Of a stretch of 57,523 bases of DNA, positions 19,204 to 29,118 are shown in pieces; within the stretch, counting starts at the first letter, position 1; each line of letters begins with the position of its first letter. Made by a program: the position numbers and the translations under genes. Source of the stretch: Candidatus Bipolaricaulota bacterium (lineage in GTDB: Bacteria; Bipolaricaulota; Bipolaricaulia; UBA7950; UBA9294). The notes under the pieces are model-generated. The model was not told where the DNA came from, made no database searches, and saw nothing but the letters and a program-made list of their open reading frames with translations. The stretch is from contig JBFMGK010000014.1 of NCBI GenBank assembly GCA_040752575.1, positions 1-57,523 of the forward strand, read 5' to 3'.

Positions 19204-20271
19204 GTGAAGCAGCGAATCAAGCGTTGGGGAAGAGTCTCTGGGGTGGGTTCGCTCTTGGCGCTCTCCGTCCTCGTCCTGGCGGCCGGGGTGGCGCGGGGCG
19301 AAGAGCCGTGCGGCAAGCTGCCCGACCTGTGGTTCCCGGAGCCGGGCGTCGTGCTCGCTGGCGGCTTCACCGCCGTTCAGGAGACGTCGGGCGACGTCTG
19401 CGAGGGCGGCAACGTCACGATCCACGTCACGGTCGACAATCTGAGTTGCGGCGACGCCGGCCCGTTCGACGTAACCGTTTCCTGGGATGACTCGAGCCAT
19501 CCGATCCAGACAAAGCGCGTTGACGGTTTGCCAGGGTGCGAGTACGTGGAACTTACGTTCACGTGGGACACCGACGGCGTTCCGCCGGGCCCGCACACGA
19601 TCGTCGTCGTTGCGGACTCCGGGACCGTGGTGCGCGAGCTCAACGAGGGGAACAACGACGAGTCGTTTGACGTGCTCGTTCGCCCCAATGCGCCGTATGT
19701 CGAAGCGACGAAGGTGGCGATTGACGTGGACGGAGGCGTCCCCACGCCGGGTGACACGATCCGTTACGAGATCGTCATCACCAATGACGGCTGTGCGGAC
19801 CTCGAAGACGGCCCCGGGCACGAGTTCGCTGACACCCTCCCCGGAGGAGGACTGGCGGCGACGGGATATGCCGAGGCTTCACAGGGCACGATCGCGGTGG
19901 AGGGGAACACGGTGACGTGGGATGGCGCGATTCCCGCCGGAGGATCGGTGCGGTTGACCTTCAAAGTGCGGATCGACGACGCCGTCCCTGCGGGGACGGC
20001 GATCTGCAACCAGGGTGTCGTCCAGTGGGATGAGGACGGAGACGGCGTCGTGGACGGCAGCGAGCCGACCGATGACCCCGACACGCCGGCCGAAGACGAC
20101 CCCACGTGTCTGACCGTCGAGGAGTCCGAGTTGCCGGTTCCCCTGACGGGTACGATCGACGCGCCCAGCCTCACCGAGTGGGGAGCCGGCGCGGCGCTGG
20201 CCTCATTCGCGGCCGCGTATTGGCGGCGCCTTCGCGCGCGACGAACGCAGGGCCCGGAGGCGACGCCATGA
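19204..20271 (+). CDS. exported CARDB + DUF11-like protein with IPTL-CTERM-like sorting signal
   Basis: Signal peptide; ELNEGNN (CARDB-like); PGDTIRYEIVITN (DUF11-like); C-terminal APSLTEWG + hydrophobic helix + RRLRARR. Confidence 0.75.
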   Translation: MKQRIKRWGRVSGVGSLLALSVLVLAAGVARGEEPCGKLPDLWFPEPGVVLAGGFTAVQETSGDVCEGGNVTIHVTVDNLSCGDAGPFDVTVSWDDSSHPIQTKRVDGLPGCEYVELTFTWDTDGVPPGPHTIVVVADSGTVVRELNEGNNDESFDVLVRPNAPYVEATKVAIDVDGGVPTPGDTIRYEIVITNDGCADLEDGPGHEFADTLPGGGLAATGYAEASQGTIAVEGNTVTWDGAIPAGGSVRLTFKVRIDDAVPAGTAICNQGVVQWDEDGDGVVDGSEPTDDPDTPAEDDPTCLTVEESELPVPLTGTIDAPSLTEWGAGAALASFAAAYWRRLRARRTQGPEATP

Positions 20272-20771
20272 AGGGGCGGGCTCGCCAGGTTACGGAGTCG
20301 GTGGTTGCGGCGCTCGCCGTGGCCGCCGGGTGCTTCGCCCTCGTTGAGAACGAGGCGGCGATGACCGCCATACGACGGATGTTCGCCGCGTCCGCGAGCG
20401 CCGTCCTCAACCTGCTGGGGCAGGGAACGGTCGTTCGCGGTTCGGAGGTCCTGTCGGCCCAGTTTGGGATCTCCGTGGTCACCGCCTGCACCGGCGTGTT
20501 CCTGACCGGGCTCTTCTTGGTGGCCGTCTCGGCCTACCCGGTCTCATGGCGCGCCCGCGCCACGGGCGCCGGCTTGGGGATTCTTGGGCTGTACGCGGTC
20601 AACGTGCTGCGCCTGGTCTCCCTGTTCTTCGTCGGCGTGCATTGGCCGACGGCCCTGGAGCCGATCCACCAACTGGTCTGGCAGTCCCTGGTGATTGGGA
20701 TCGCGGTCGCCATGTGGCTCGCATGGGCCGCACGGGCAGCGCGACGCCGGCCGCAGAGGGGAGGCGTCTGA
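20268..20771 (+). CDS. xrtH: exosortase H-like (exosortase/archaeosortase family)
   Basis: Membrane protein with Cys (VVTACTG), Arg (NVLR) and His (IHQLVWQ); ATGA-coupled to CTERM protein. Confidence 0.75.
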   Translation: MKGRARQVTESVVAALAVAAGCFALVENEAAMTAIRRMFAASASAVLNLLGQGTVVRGSEVLSAQFGISVVTACTGVFLTGLFLVAVSAYPVSWRARATGAGLGILGLYAVNVLRLVSLFFVGVHWPTALEPIHQLVWQSLVIGIAVAMWLAWAARAARRRPQRGGV

Positions 20772-21346
20772 TGCGCACCGTCGCGCGCTTTCTCGCCGCG
20801 TTTCTCCTTTTCCTGATCCCAGCCTCTTTGGCCTGGGTGCCGCTGGCACCGGCCTACCATGCGGCGGTTGCGGGAGCTGTGCGGCCGGCGCTGCGTTGGG
20901 TCGAGCGGGACGACGTCTCCGTCGTGAGCGCGCAGGGCGAAGATCTCGGGGTGTATCGAAAGATCGGCGGCGATCGGGTGGCGCCGTTCATGACGTTTGA
21001 CCGCTACGCGTTCTTTGCGCTGGTCCCGCTGCTCGCTCTACTCGCGGCCACGCCGGGAGTCAGGGCGGCTGGGCGGATCTGGCGGATGATCGCAGCGGGC
21101 GCCGCTCTGTATTTGGTTCACGTTCTGTATGTCGTTGCATCCGTTGGGCTCGCGTACGCAGCGCTCGGTCTGTCGGGCGATGCGCCGCACGCTGCGCTGC
21201 AGACGGCGGTGCGGTGGTGCTGGGAGGCGGCGCCGATCGTTCTCTGGCTCGTGCTCACGGCGGGGGCGTGGCGACGCGTGTTGTTCGGACGGGCCGCAGA
21301 TTCAGAGGGTTCGATGCCCGTGCGGCCGCGTGGATGTGAGGGATGA
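20771..21346 (+). CDS. exosortase-associated membrane protein
   Basis: Several hydrophobic segments, PLLALLAATP; 1-nt overlap with xrtH. Confidence 0.6.
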   Translation: MRTVARFLAAFLLFLIPASLAWVPLAPAYHAAVAGAVRPALRWVERDDVSVVSAQGEDLGVYRKIGGDRVAPFMTFDRYAFFALVPLLALLAATPGVRAAGRIWRMIAAGAALYLVHVLYVVASVGLAYAALGLSGDAPHAALQTAVRWCWEAAPIVLWLVLTAGAWRRVLFGRAADSEGSMPVRPRGCEG

Positions 21347-21368
21347 ACGCACGGAGGTCGTGGGAAGG

Positions 21369-24300
21369 ATGGATCGGATGAAGACGAGATGCACCGCGTC
21401 CGTGGTTGCGCTCTTTCTCGTGTCCCTGTTCGCGGTCGGAACCGGCGGAAGCGAGGCAGAGCTGTATTTCTCGCGCGACAAGGACGGAACGTCGCGCGTC
21501 ACACAGATCCGCGAGGGCGAACAGGTGTGGATCGTCGTTCGCGACCTCGACGAAGACATCGATTGCGACGTACGCGACAAGGTTTGGACCGACGTCAAAG
21601 TGATCGACGTCAAGACCGGCGCGCACATCGTGTGGAAGAGCTACATCGACCGTTTTGGCGCCGACATCGACGGGGACGGCGACGGCGACCGGCTGTTTGG
21701 CGAGGTCGGCTATGTCCCGCATCAAGGACACTGGCCCGGGGTCTCGGCCGGATGGCTGGGGGGGGACTACCTCGAGGAGACAAGCCGAAGCACGGGCTTG
21801 TTCGTGAGTGGGCGTCCCTTCCAGATCGGAACGCGCGTTGACTACTCGCGCGACGGCCGAAGCCAGACGCACATCGTCGGCCCCGTGGACGGGAATGGCG
21901 CCGGCGCGGTGGAACCCACCGATTTCCAGTGGGGGCACTACCTCTACGCCGACAACGCCGATCCGGGCGACGAGGGCGACGATCGCGTTTGGGTAAGCGC
22001 CCAGACGGCACCGACGTTGCCGGGTCTGGACAATGCCGTGCCGCAGTTCGTCGACGCGCGGGGCACGCCGATCCCCGGCGGCGACGCGTTCTTGCCGAAC
22101 GGGACGAACGCTGCCGGCGTCGACGACTACATGCTGGGTCGCTTCGAGAACATGGATACCCTGACCGGGTTCTACGTCGACCCCGACGACCCGACGGACG
22201 TTGCGCTGGGTCTCGCGAAGATCACCGACAGCGAGGCTTCGATGTCCTGGTCGCGGGAAGTCTACCGCGACGGCAACGAGGCCGCGGCGGTCACGGTCGT
22301 CGATCCCGACGAAAACCTCCACCCGGGCCGCATCGAACGAGTCCCGGTGTTCATCTTCGTCAACCCCGGATCCTGGGTCTGGGCGCTCGAACCCATGAGC
22401 GCGACCGACTTCTGGGCGCTGAACCGTTGGGGCGGCGTCGTGAACACTCCGGCCCCGGGGGGCGTCGCCACGCCCGCCAATCAGCCGCTGCTGTGGTGTA
22501 ACCTCTACGACAGTGGTCTGACGACGGCCGACGTCGATCTTCGTGCCGACGGGAGCCGCCAGCCGAACGAGGATGGGACGTACTACATCCAGTATCCGCG
22601 CGAGGAGCATGGCCTGCCCGTGTGGTTCGCGACCGACTCCGACAGCGGCGTCACGCGCGTGATGTTCTACGCGGTCGAGACGGGCGCCGACACGGGAACC
22701 TTCGAGTTGAGCCTGAACAGCCTCGAACGCGATCTGGGGTTCGACGAGCTTCGCGTGCGGGACGTTCTGGCTGCGTTCTACATCGATCCCAACGATCAAG
22801 ACGACTTCAAGCTGGCTGTCGCCTACCTCGGCGAGAAGAACCACAGCACGCTGCGGTTCACGGACTACGCTCGGCAGCCGCAGAACGAGTTCTGGCTGGG
22901 TCGCGATCCCGTTTACGTCGAGGTCGTCGATGCCAACGCCAACGTCGACGCATGCTGTCCCGAGGTCGTGGTCGTTCAGGTGTGCGACCCGCACGAGGTC
23001 GACGACGTGGAGTGGCTCATCCTGGACGAGCTGTCGAGCAACTCGCCCGTCTTCTTCACGAACACGGGGATGGAACTTGTCTCGGTCTGGGACGCGTTGG
23101 GCGTGGGCGATCCGGGACTCGATGGCGGGTACTCGCTCCAACTGGACAACTGGACGCTGGAGGCCTTCAACGAAGACTCCATCTACGCGCGCTACAACGA
23201 CGTCGTCTACGCCGAAGGTGCGCTGGAAGGTCTGGGCGATCAGGACACGGCGACGTCCTTCCCGCCGCAGATTCAGGCGGCGCGCGTCGCCAACGACGTG
23301 TCGTTTGCCGTCTTCGAAGTGGGCGACACGCAGGTCTACGACGGCGAGACGCTGAACCTTAGGTTTCTCGATCGTTTGGGTAACCCGGTGGCAGGGTACG
23401 CCAACAGCGACTGCATCTTCGTGCAGGTCATCGACCCCGACCAGAACGAAGACCGACAGCGCCGCGAGCGCATCGCGGCGTTCTGGGACGGCAGCGCGGG
23501 CGGTGGCCAAAACATCCCGTTCGGTCCGATGAACCTCGCCGCCAACCACGACGATTGCGGGTACTTCGACGCCGAGACGCACCTCGTCAACGCGCTCCTG
23601 GGCGACACGAACATCGCGGACAACGGCACGTGGGGCAAGCTCTACGTGCTCAACCCGCGCAACGGACGATGGGCGGCAGCCGATCTCCTTGAGACCGGTT
23701 CCGACAGCGGAGAATTCGTGAGTGCCATCTGCATCGACCTCGTGAGCCAGCACGCTTGCGTCCCGACGCTCGGCGTCTTGCCGGGCGATACGATTCTCGC
23801 AGCGTACCAAGATCCGTCGAACCACTCGGATGTGGCCTGGGCGGCTGTCAAGGTGTCGATCGGCGGCGCCGGCCCGGTCGGACGGTCGACGACGCAGTTT
23901 GTCGACAGGACGGGCGCACCCGTCGCGGCGTACATGGAGGGCGAACTGGCCTACGTACGCGTCGACGACGAGACGCTCATCGGCGCCGGCACCGTGCCGG
24001 ACGCGGTCGAGATCGACGGGCGCAAGGTCGCGCTCTCGCCGCTTCAGGGCGGCGAGGCGGGCGTCTTCATCACCGAGGAACTGCCGCTTGCCGGCGTGGG
24101 GAGCGTAATGACGGCGATCTATACGGATCCGACCGACCCCACGGACACCAGTTCGGCAACGATACGTGTCGTCGCGGCGACGCTCCGCATCGAGCGATTC
24201 ACGACCTCGCCGAGTCCCTTCTCAGACGAGACGATCTTCGGTTTCGTCGGAGAAGGACTGGCCGACGTCTTCTCTGTCTGGGTCTACGATCTCAGCGGGC

Positions 24301-24464
24301 ACCAGGTCTGGGCGGCGACGTCCGAGAGCGTCCTCTCCGTGACGTGGGACGGGCGCTCGTCGCGCGGCGAGCTTCTGGCGAACGGCGCGTACATCTACTT
24401 CGTGGAAGCGGCTTCGGGGGCCGACGGGTTCCGCGCCCAAGGGACCGTGTTCATCAGCCGATAG
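21369..24464 (+). CDS. large acidic secreted repeat protein with C-terminal FlgD-Ig/T9SS-CTD-like domain
   Basis: Signal peptide; five recurrences of V-D-x-D-x-N / ETG-x-x-[ST]G-x-F / Y-x-D-P; C-terminus PSPF..VYDLSG..WDG..LANGAYIY. Confidence 0.75.
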   Translation: MDRMKTRCTASVVALFLVSLFAVGTGGSEAELYFSRDKDGTSRVTQIREGEQVWIVVRDLDEDIDCDVRDKVWTDVKVIDVKTGAHIVWKSYIDRFGADIDGDGDGDRLFGEVGYVPHQGHWPGVSAGWLGGDYLEETSRSTGLFVSGRPFQIGTRVDYSRDGRSQTHIVGPVDGNGAGAVEPTDFQWGHYLYADNADPGDEGDDRVWVSAQTAPTLPGLDNAVPQFVDARGTPIPGGDAFLPNGTNAAGVDDYMLGRFENMDTLTGFYVDPDDPTDVALGLAKITDSEASMSWSREVYRDGNEAAAVTVVDPDENLHPGRIERVPVFIFVNPGSWVWALEPMSATDFWALNRWGGVVNTPAPGGVATPANQPLLWCNLYDSGLTTADVDLRADGSRQPNEDGTYYIQYPREEHGLPVWFATDSDSGVTRVMFYAVETGADTGTFELSLNSLERDLGFDELRVRDVLAAFYIDPNDQDDFKLAVAYLGEKNHSTLRFTDYARQPQNEFWLGRDPVYVEVVDANANVDACCPEVVVVQVCDPHEVDDVEWLILDELSSNSPVFFTNTGMELVSVWDALGVGDPGLDGGYSLQLDNWTLEAFNEDSIYARYNDVVYAEGALEGLGDQDTATSFPPQIQAARVANDVSFAVFEVGDTQVYDGETLNLRFLDRLGNPVAGYANSDCIFVQVIDPDQNEDRQRRERIAAFWDGSAGGGQNIPFGPMNLAANHDDCGYFDAETHLVNALLGDTNIADNGTWGKLYVLNPRNGRWAAADLLETGSDSGEFVSAICIDLVSQHACVPTLGVLPGDTILAAYQDPSNHSDVAWAAVKVSIGGAGPVGRSTTQFVDRTGAPVAAYMEGELAYVRVDDETLIGAGTVPDAVEIDGRKVALSPLQGGEAGVFITEELPLAGVGSVMTAIYTDPTDPTDTSSATIRVVAATLRIERFTTSPSPFSDETIFGFVGEGLADVFSVWVYDLSGHQVWAATSESVLSVTWDGRSSRGELLANGAYIYFVEAASGADGFRAQGTVFISR

Positions 24465-24548
24465 GCCCGTGGGCGGCGGCCGTGAGGTTGCCGCCCACCG
24501 GCTCTCTTGCTGCGGTCTGCGTGTACAATCGCTCGTTGGAGGGCTTCC

Positions 24549-25466
24549 TTGGACGAGCGAGAGACGGCCGTCGCCTTTGGGGATCTGCGGGGATTCACGT
24601 CGTACACCGCTGCACGCGGAGACCGTGCAGCGTTGCGCGTCGCGGAGGCGTTTGCCGATTTCGTGCGGGCCGAACTGCCACCGTACGACGGGAGACTCGT
24701 GAAGACCTTCGGCGATGGCGTGATGGTCGCCTTCCCGTCTGCCGAGGGCGCAGTCCGTGCCGCGACGGGAACGCAGCGCGCGCTGTCCCACTACAACGAG
24801 GCACACGAGGACGAGCCGATGAGCGCTGGGTTCGGCGTGACGTGGGGCTCGGTCCTGGAGACGCAGGGCGACCTGTTCGGCCACTCGGTCAACATGGCCA
24901 AGCGCTTGGCTGACGTCGCAAAGGGCTGCCAGATCATCGTCGCACCCGACGTTCGAGAGGCGACGCAGGAGTGCTCGGACCTTGTCTACCGCGACCTGGG
25001 CCTTCAACGGCTCAAAGGACTCGGATCGGCCCGGCTTTACGAACTCGTGTGGAGAGACGAAGCGGCGAAGCTCTCGCTCTCGGACAGCAGCCTCGATGTG
25101 GTTCTTACGGGCGATCGGAAGCTGATCTTCGAGTTTGCCAAGCCGATGGCCGAGACGATCGAGACCATGAAGCAGAAGCTCGCGGCGCTCGACCAGCGTG
25201 GCGCTCCCGGCGCCGCGTTGCGGCAGAAGCTCTCTGAACGGCTGGAGCGCGAGATGCCCCGCTGGATCGAGGCCGTGCGCCGCTTCGGCGGAAGCGCGCT
25301 GGAACACGGACTCGACGACATCGCGGCGACGGTGGCGGACGGGAAGCTCACGATCGAACTGCCCGGCGGGCGTTCGTTCTCGTTCACCGAACGGCAGATC
25401 GGCCGCGAAGAGGCAGAGCAGTTCCTCGAGAAGCTCGCGGCGCTTCGCCGCAGCGGTCGCCGTTAG
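24549..25466 (+). CDS. class III adenylate/guanylate cyclase
   Basis: FGDLRGFT, VKTFGDGVM, DLFGHSVNMAKRL, LKG; TTG start after GGAGG. Confidence 0.85.
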   Translation: MDERETAVAFGDLRGFTSYTAARGDRAALRVAEAFADFVRAELPPYDGRLVKTFGDGVMVAFPSAEGAVRAATGTQRALSHYNEAHEDEPMSAGFGVTWGSVLETQGDLFGHSVNMAKRLADVAKGCQIIVAPDVREATQECSDLVYRDLGLQRLKGLGSARLYELVWRDEAAKLSLSDSSLDVVLTGDRKLIFEFAKPMAETIETMKQKLAALDQRGAPGAALRQKLSERLEREMPRWIEAVRRFGGSALEHGLDDIAATVADGKLTIELPGGRSFSFTERQIGREEAEQFLEKLAALRRSGRR

Positions 25467-26323
25467 CGTCGACGCCGCAGGCCCCAGCGCCAGAGCTCGC
25501 GCACAGACGGTGACTTTCCGTACATGAGAAGGCCCGTCTCGAAGATGCGTGCGGCGAACCGCATCATGGCCACGACGCCGAGGAGCAGCGACGCGAAGCT
25601 CAAGGCGATCTCCCACGCGGGAACCTGTCGCAGGCCGTTGGACACCAAAGGAACGGCGCCGATTCGGAACATCATCACGGAGGGCACAAACGGGGGGAAG
25701 AACCCCGCGAGCCGCACGAGCAGGCTCTCCGGCTGCGTGATGATGATCTGGGCGAAGAGAATCGGCGCGTAGGGAACCAGACCGACCAGTCCCGAAGCAC
25801 CGCCGGATTGGATGTCCTTCATCGCGGCGCCGACCGCTGCGTACAGCGAGGCGATGAACAGGTAGCCCAACGTGAAGTACAGCGGGTAGGTCACCCAGTG
25901 CACGAGCTCCAACTCGGCAAGCGAAACCGGTGCGAAGCGCGACGCGATGGCGTAGGCGCAGGCGACCCAGAATGACACCTGCAACAGCCCCGCGGCGCCC
26001 TGTCCGAGCACTTTGCCGACCATCATCTCGGTGGCCGAGACGCTTGACAGGATGATCTCGACGACGCGGTTCTGCTTCTCTTTGACCACGCTGTAGAGAA
26101 CCATCACGCCCGACATGAACGCGCCGATGAACAGGATCATCGCCAGGATTACGCCGATCAGGTACGGGGGAGGGGGCTCGCGGAGTGCCGCCCGCGCCTC
26201 GCCGGCGGTCGCGGCAACGATCCCGGCCGCGGCCAACGCGGGGATGAGCAGCGTCATCACCAGGTACTGCTTGCTGCGCAGCGCGCGAGTAATCTCCCAA
26301 CGCGTCGTTCTACCGATTCGCAT
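25463..26323 (-). CDS. ABC-2 exporter permease (NatB/YhaP-like)
   Basis: EKQNRVVEIILSSV, GKVLG, multiple TM helices. Confidence 0.85.
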   Translation of the reverse strand: MRIGRTTRWEITRALRSKQYLVMTLLIPALAAAGIVAATAGEARAALREPPPPYLIGVILAMILFIGAFMSGVMVLYSVVKEKQNRVVEIILSSVSATEMMVGKVLGQGAAGLLQVSFWVACAYAIASRFAPVSLAELELVHWVTYPLYFTLGYLFIASLYAAVGAAMKDIQSGGASGLVGLVPYAPILFAQIIITQPESLLVRLAGFFPPFVPSVMMFRIGAVPLVSNGLRQVPAWEIALSFASLLLGVVAMMRFAARIFETGLLMYGKSPSVRELWRWGLRRRR

Positions 26324-27230
26324 CGCCCCTCCCGGCCACGGTTCGGACAAAGATGTCGTGGAGCGGCGGGCGCGTGACGGAGATCTCGCGTACGCAGATC
26401 TCCGAAGGCAGAGAGCGCACGAAGGCGTCCGGCGAGACGCCGCGCGCAAGACGCATCGAGGCGCGATCAACGTCGACCGCGACGTCGAGGGTCCCCGGCA
26501 GCGTCCGCACGGCGTCCGGCGGACCGTCAAAGCGGATCCGCGCGACGTGCTCCCCGTCTTCGGCTTTGATCTCGTCGAGCGTCCCGTAGAGCACCCGCCG
26601 TCCGCGGTGAATGAGGAAGATCCGGTCGCACAGCTCCTCGACCTGACTCATCTGGTGCGCCGAGAGGAGGATGGCCGCGCCCTCGTCGCGTAACTCGCGG
26701 ATGACCTCCTTCAACAGGTCTTGGTGGATCGGATCGAGGCCGGAAAACGGCTCGTCGAGGACGAGCAAATCCGGTTTGTGGGTCACCGAGGCGATGAACT
26801 GCACCTTCTGCTGCATGCCCTTGGAGAGCTTCTCGATCTTCCGGTTCGCCCAGGGAGTGAGGTCGAACCGTCCAAGCCAGTTGAGCACGCGCTGGCGGGC
26901 TTCCGCGCGCCCGAGGCCCTTCAGCTCTGCGAGATAGACCAGCGCGTCGACAACCCTGGCGTCTGGATAGAGCCCGCGCTCCTCGGGTAGGTAGCCGGTG
27001 CGCTCCTTTGCGTACCGACGGGGGAGGTCTCCGATCTGGATGGAGACGTCGCCGGAGTCGGGCGTCAGGATCCCGAGGATGATGCGGATGGTTGTGGTCT
27101 TCCCGGCGCCGTTGGGCCCGAGGAAACCGAGGATCTCGCCGCGATGCGCTTCGAGGCTGATGCCGTCGACAGCGCGGACGCTGTCGAAGTCCTTGACGAT
27201 CTGCTGCACATGAAGGACGGTGCGTTCCAT
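26310..27230 (-). CDS. ABC transporter ATPase (NatA/YhaQ-like)
   Basis: GPNGAGKTT, GYLPEERGLY, LSKGMQQK, LDEPFSGLDP. Confidence 0.9.
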   Translation of the reverse strand: MERTVLHVQQIVKDFDSVRAVDGISLEAHRGEILGFLGPNGAGKTTTIRIILGILTPDSGDVSIQIGDLPRRYAKERTGYLPEERGLYPDARVVDALVYLAELKGLGRAEARQRVLNWLGRFDLTPWANRKIEKLSKGMQQKVQFIASVTHKPDLLVLDEPFSGLDPIHQDLLKEVIRELRDEGAAILLSAHQMSQVEELCDRIFLIHRGRRVLYGTLDEIKAEDGEHVARIRFDGPPDAVRTLPGTLDVAVDVDRASMRLARGVSPDAFVRSLPSEICVREISVTRPPLHDIFVRTVAGRGDANR

Positions 27231-27266
27231 GGCAAAGCGATCTCCGCCGAAAGGGATGGGAGGAGT

Positions 27267-28499
27267 TTATCCGGCGACGCGGGAGGCGTGCCAGGCGGTG
27301 GCGGCGGCCTCGTCGACGAGGTCATGCGTCGGACGGTCCTGCCACTCGTGCAGTGCGGCGCGCATTCGGTCAAGCCCCTCGAGAAGCATGCCCCGCGGGC
27401 ACGCGAAATTGAAGCGTACGAATCCCTCCCCTTGGGGCCCGAAGATCGCCCCCGGGATCGTCGCCACGTGAGCTTCCCGAAGGAAGAACTCGTAGGGGTC
27501 GCCCGGAATGCCCGCATTCCGGCAGTCGAGCCACGCCAGATATGTCGCCTCGGTCGGTCCGACGCCGATCTCGGGCATCTCCGTGCGGAGGTACTCGAGC
27601 AGGAGATCTCGATTGCCCTGGACGTACGCAAAGAGCTCGGCAAACCAGTCGTCGCCGTCGCGGTAGGCCGCGAGCGCGCCGACGTACCCGAGCGCACTGA
27701 CCGACGGAACGAGGCCTCGCTTGGCCTGGACGAAACGCTCGCGCAGGTCCTTGTTCGGGATGATGGCGGCTGCGAAGTGGAGGCCCGCGATGTTGAACGC
27801 CTTCGAAGGGGCGGTCAAGGTGATCGTGCGAGCCTCGATCTCGGGCCCGAGCGACGCGATGGGGACATGCCGGCGCCCGTCGTACACGAACCCGGCGTGA
27901 ATCTCGTCGGAGCAGACGAGCAGATTGTGCGCGAGGGCGAGATCCGCGAGCCGCTCGAGCTCTTCCTCGGAGAAGCTGCGCCCCACGGGGTTGTGGGGGT
28001 TGCATTGCATGAACAGCCGCGTGCGATCCGTGATGGTCGCCGCAAACCGATCGAAGTCGATCTCGTAACGGCCGTTCGCCGAACGCGACAGGGGACAATG
28101 GAGAGACTCGGCGCGCGCGTTCTTCGGCGCGGCGAGGATCGGGTAGTAGACGGGCGGCTGCACGATCACGCCGTCCCCCGGGTGGGTGACGGCCTGGCAG
28201 GCGAGGTTGAAGCCCACGACGACGCTAGGGAGAAACACGAACGCCTCGGGCTCGACTTCCCACGCGAAGTGGCGCGCGAGGTAGTCGACGAGGCGCGGAC
28301 GAAGCTCTTTCGGCTCTACGGTGTAGCCGAACACGCCGTGCTCGACGCGACGCTTGAGGGCGTCGACGATGACAGGCGGGCAGCGGAAGTCCATGTCCGC
28401 GATCCACATCGGGAGAATGTCTTCGTCGAAGGAACTCCACTTGGTGCTGTCAGTGCCTCGTCGATCGATGGTCGCGTCGAACCCCATCTTGTTTGCCAT
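27267..28499 (-). CDS. MalY/PatB-family PLP-dependent C-S lyase
   Basis: PMWIADMDF, CNPHNPVG, SDEIH, APSKAFN, RFNFACP. Confidence 0.9.
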   Translation of the reverse strand: MANKMGFDATIDRRGTDSTKWSSFDEDILPMWIADMDFRCPPVIVDALKRRVEHGVFGYTVEPKELRPRLVDYLARHFAWEVEPEAFVFLPSVVVGFNLACQAVTHPGDGVIVQPPVYYPILAAPKNARAESLHCPLSRSANGRYEIDFDRFAATITDRTRLFMQCNPHNPVGRSFSEEELERLADLALAHNLLVCSDEIHAGFVYDGRRHVPIASLGPEIEARTITLTAPSKAFNIAGLHFAAAIIPNKDLRERFVQAKRGLVPSVSALGYVGALAAYRDGDDWFAELFAYVQGNRDLLLEYLRTEMPEIGVGPTEATYLAWLDCRNAGIPGDPYEFFLREAHVATIPGAIFGPQGEGFVRFNFACPRGMLLEGLDRMRAALHEWQDRPTHDLVDEAAATAWHASRVAG

Positions 28500-28646
28500 G
28501 GCCCCTCTCTATCACCCGGTCTCGTCCAAGCATTTTTGTTGGACCCACCGAGCGGAGCAAGGCCGTGTGTCCGCCTCGTGTTGGGTGCTGCGTGGGCTTC
28601 CGCGAGAGGACGGGTTTCGTCGACAACTTCGACGGACGAGAGAAGA

Positions 28647-28677
28647 GCAAGCGGCCGATCCAGGATCAGCCGCTTGC
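28647..28677 (-). terminator. terminator hairpin after tmRNA
   Basis: GCAAGCGGCTGATC-CTG-GATCGGCCGCTTGC then TCTTCTCT on minus strand. Confidence 0.7.
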
Positions 28678-28678
28678 C

Positions 28679-29039
<361 letters not shown>

Positions 29040-29118
29040 ATGTCAAAGAACACGCCACATCTTACGCCGCTGGGCGTAGGTCGGCAAATGCGGCTAAGAT
29101 AAGATACAGGATGGAAAG

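Noticed and set aside
28500..28645. SAM or other riboswitch upstream of malY
   Set aside because: Only a short hairpin; no recognisable SAM-I core
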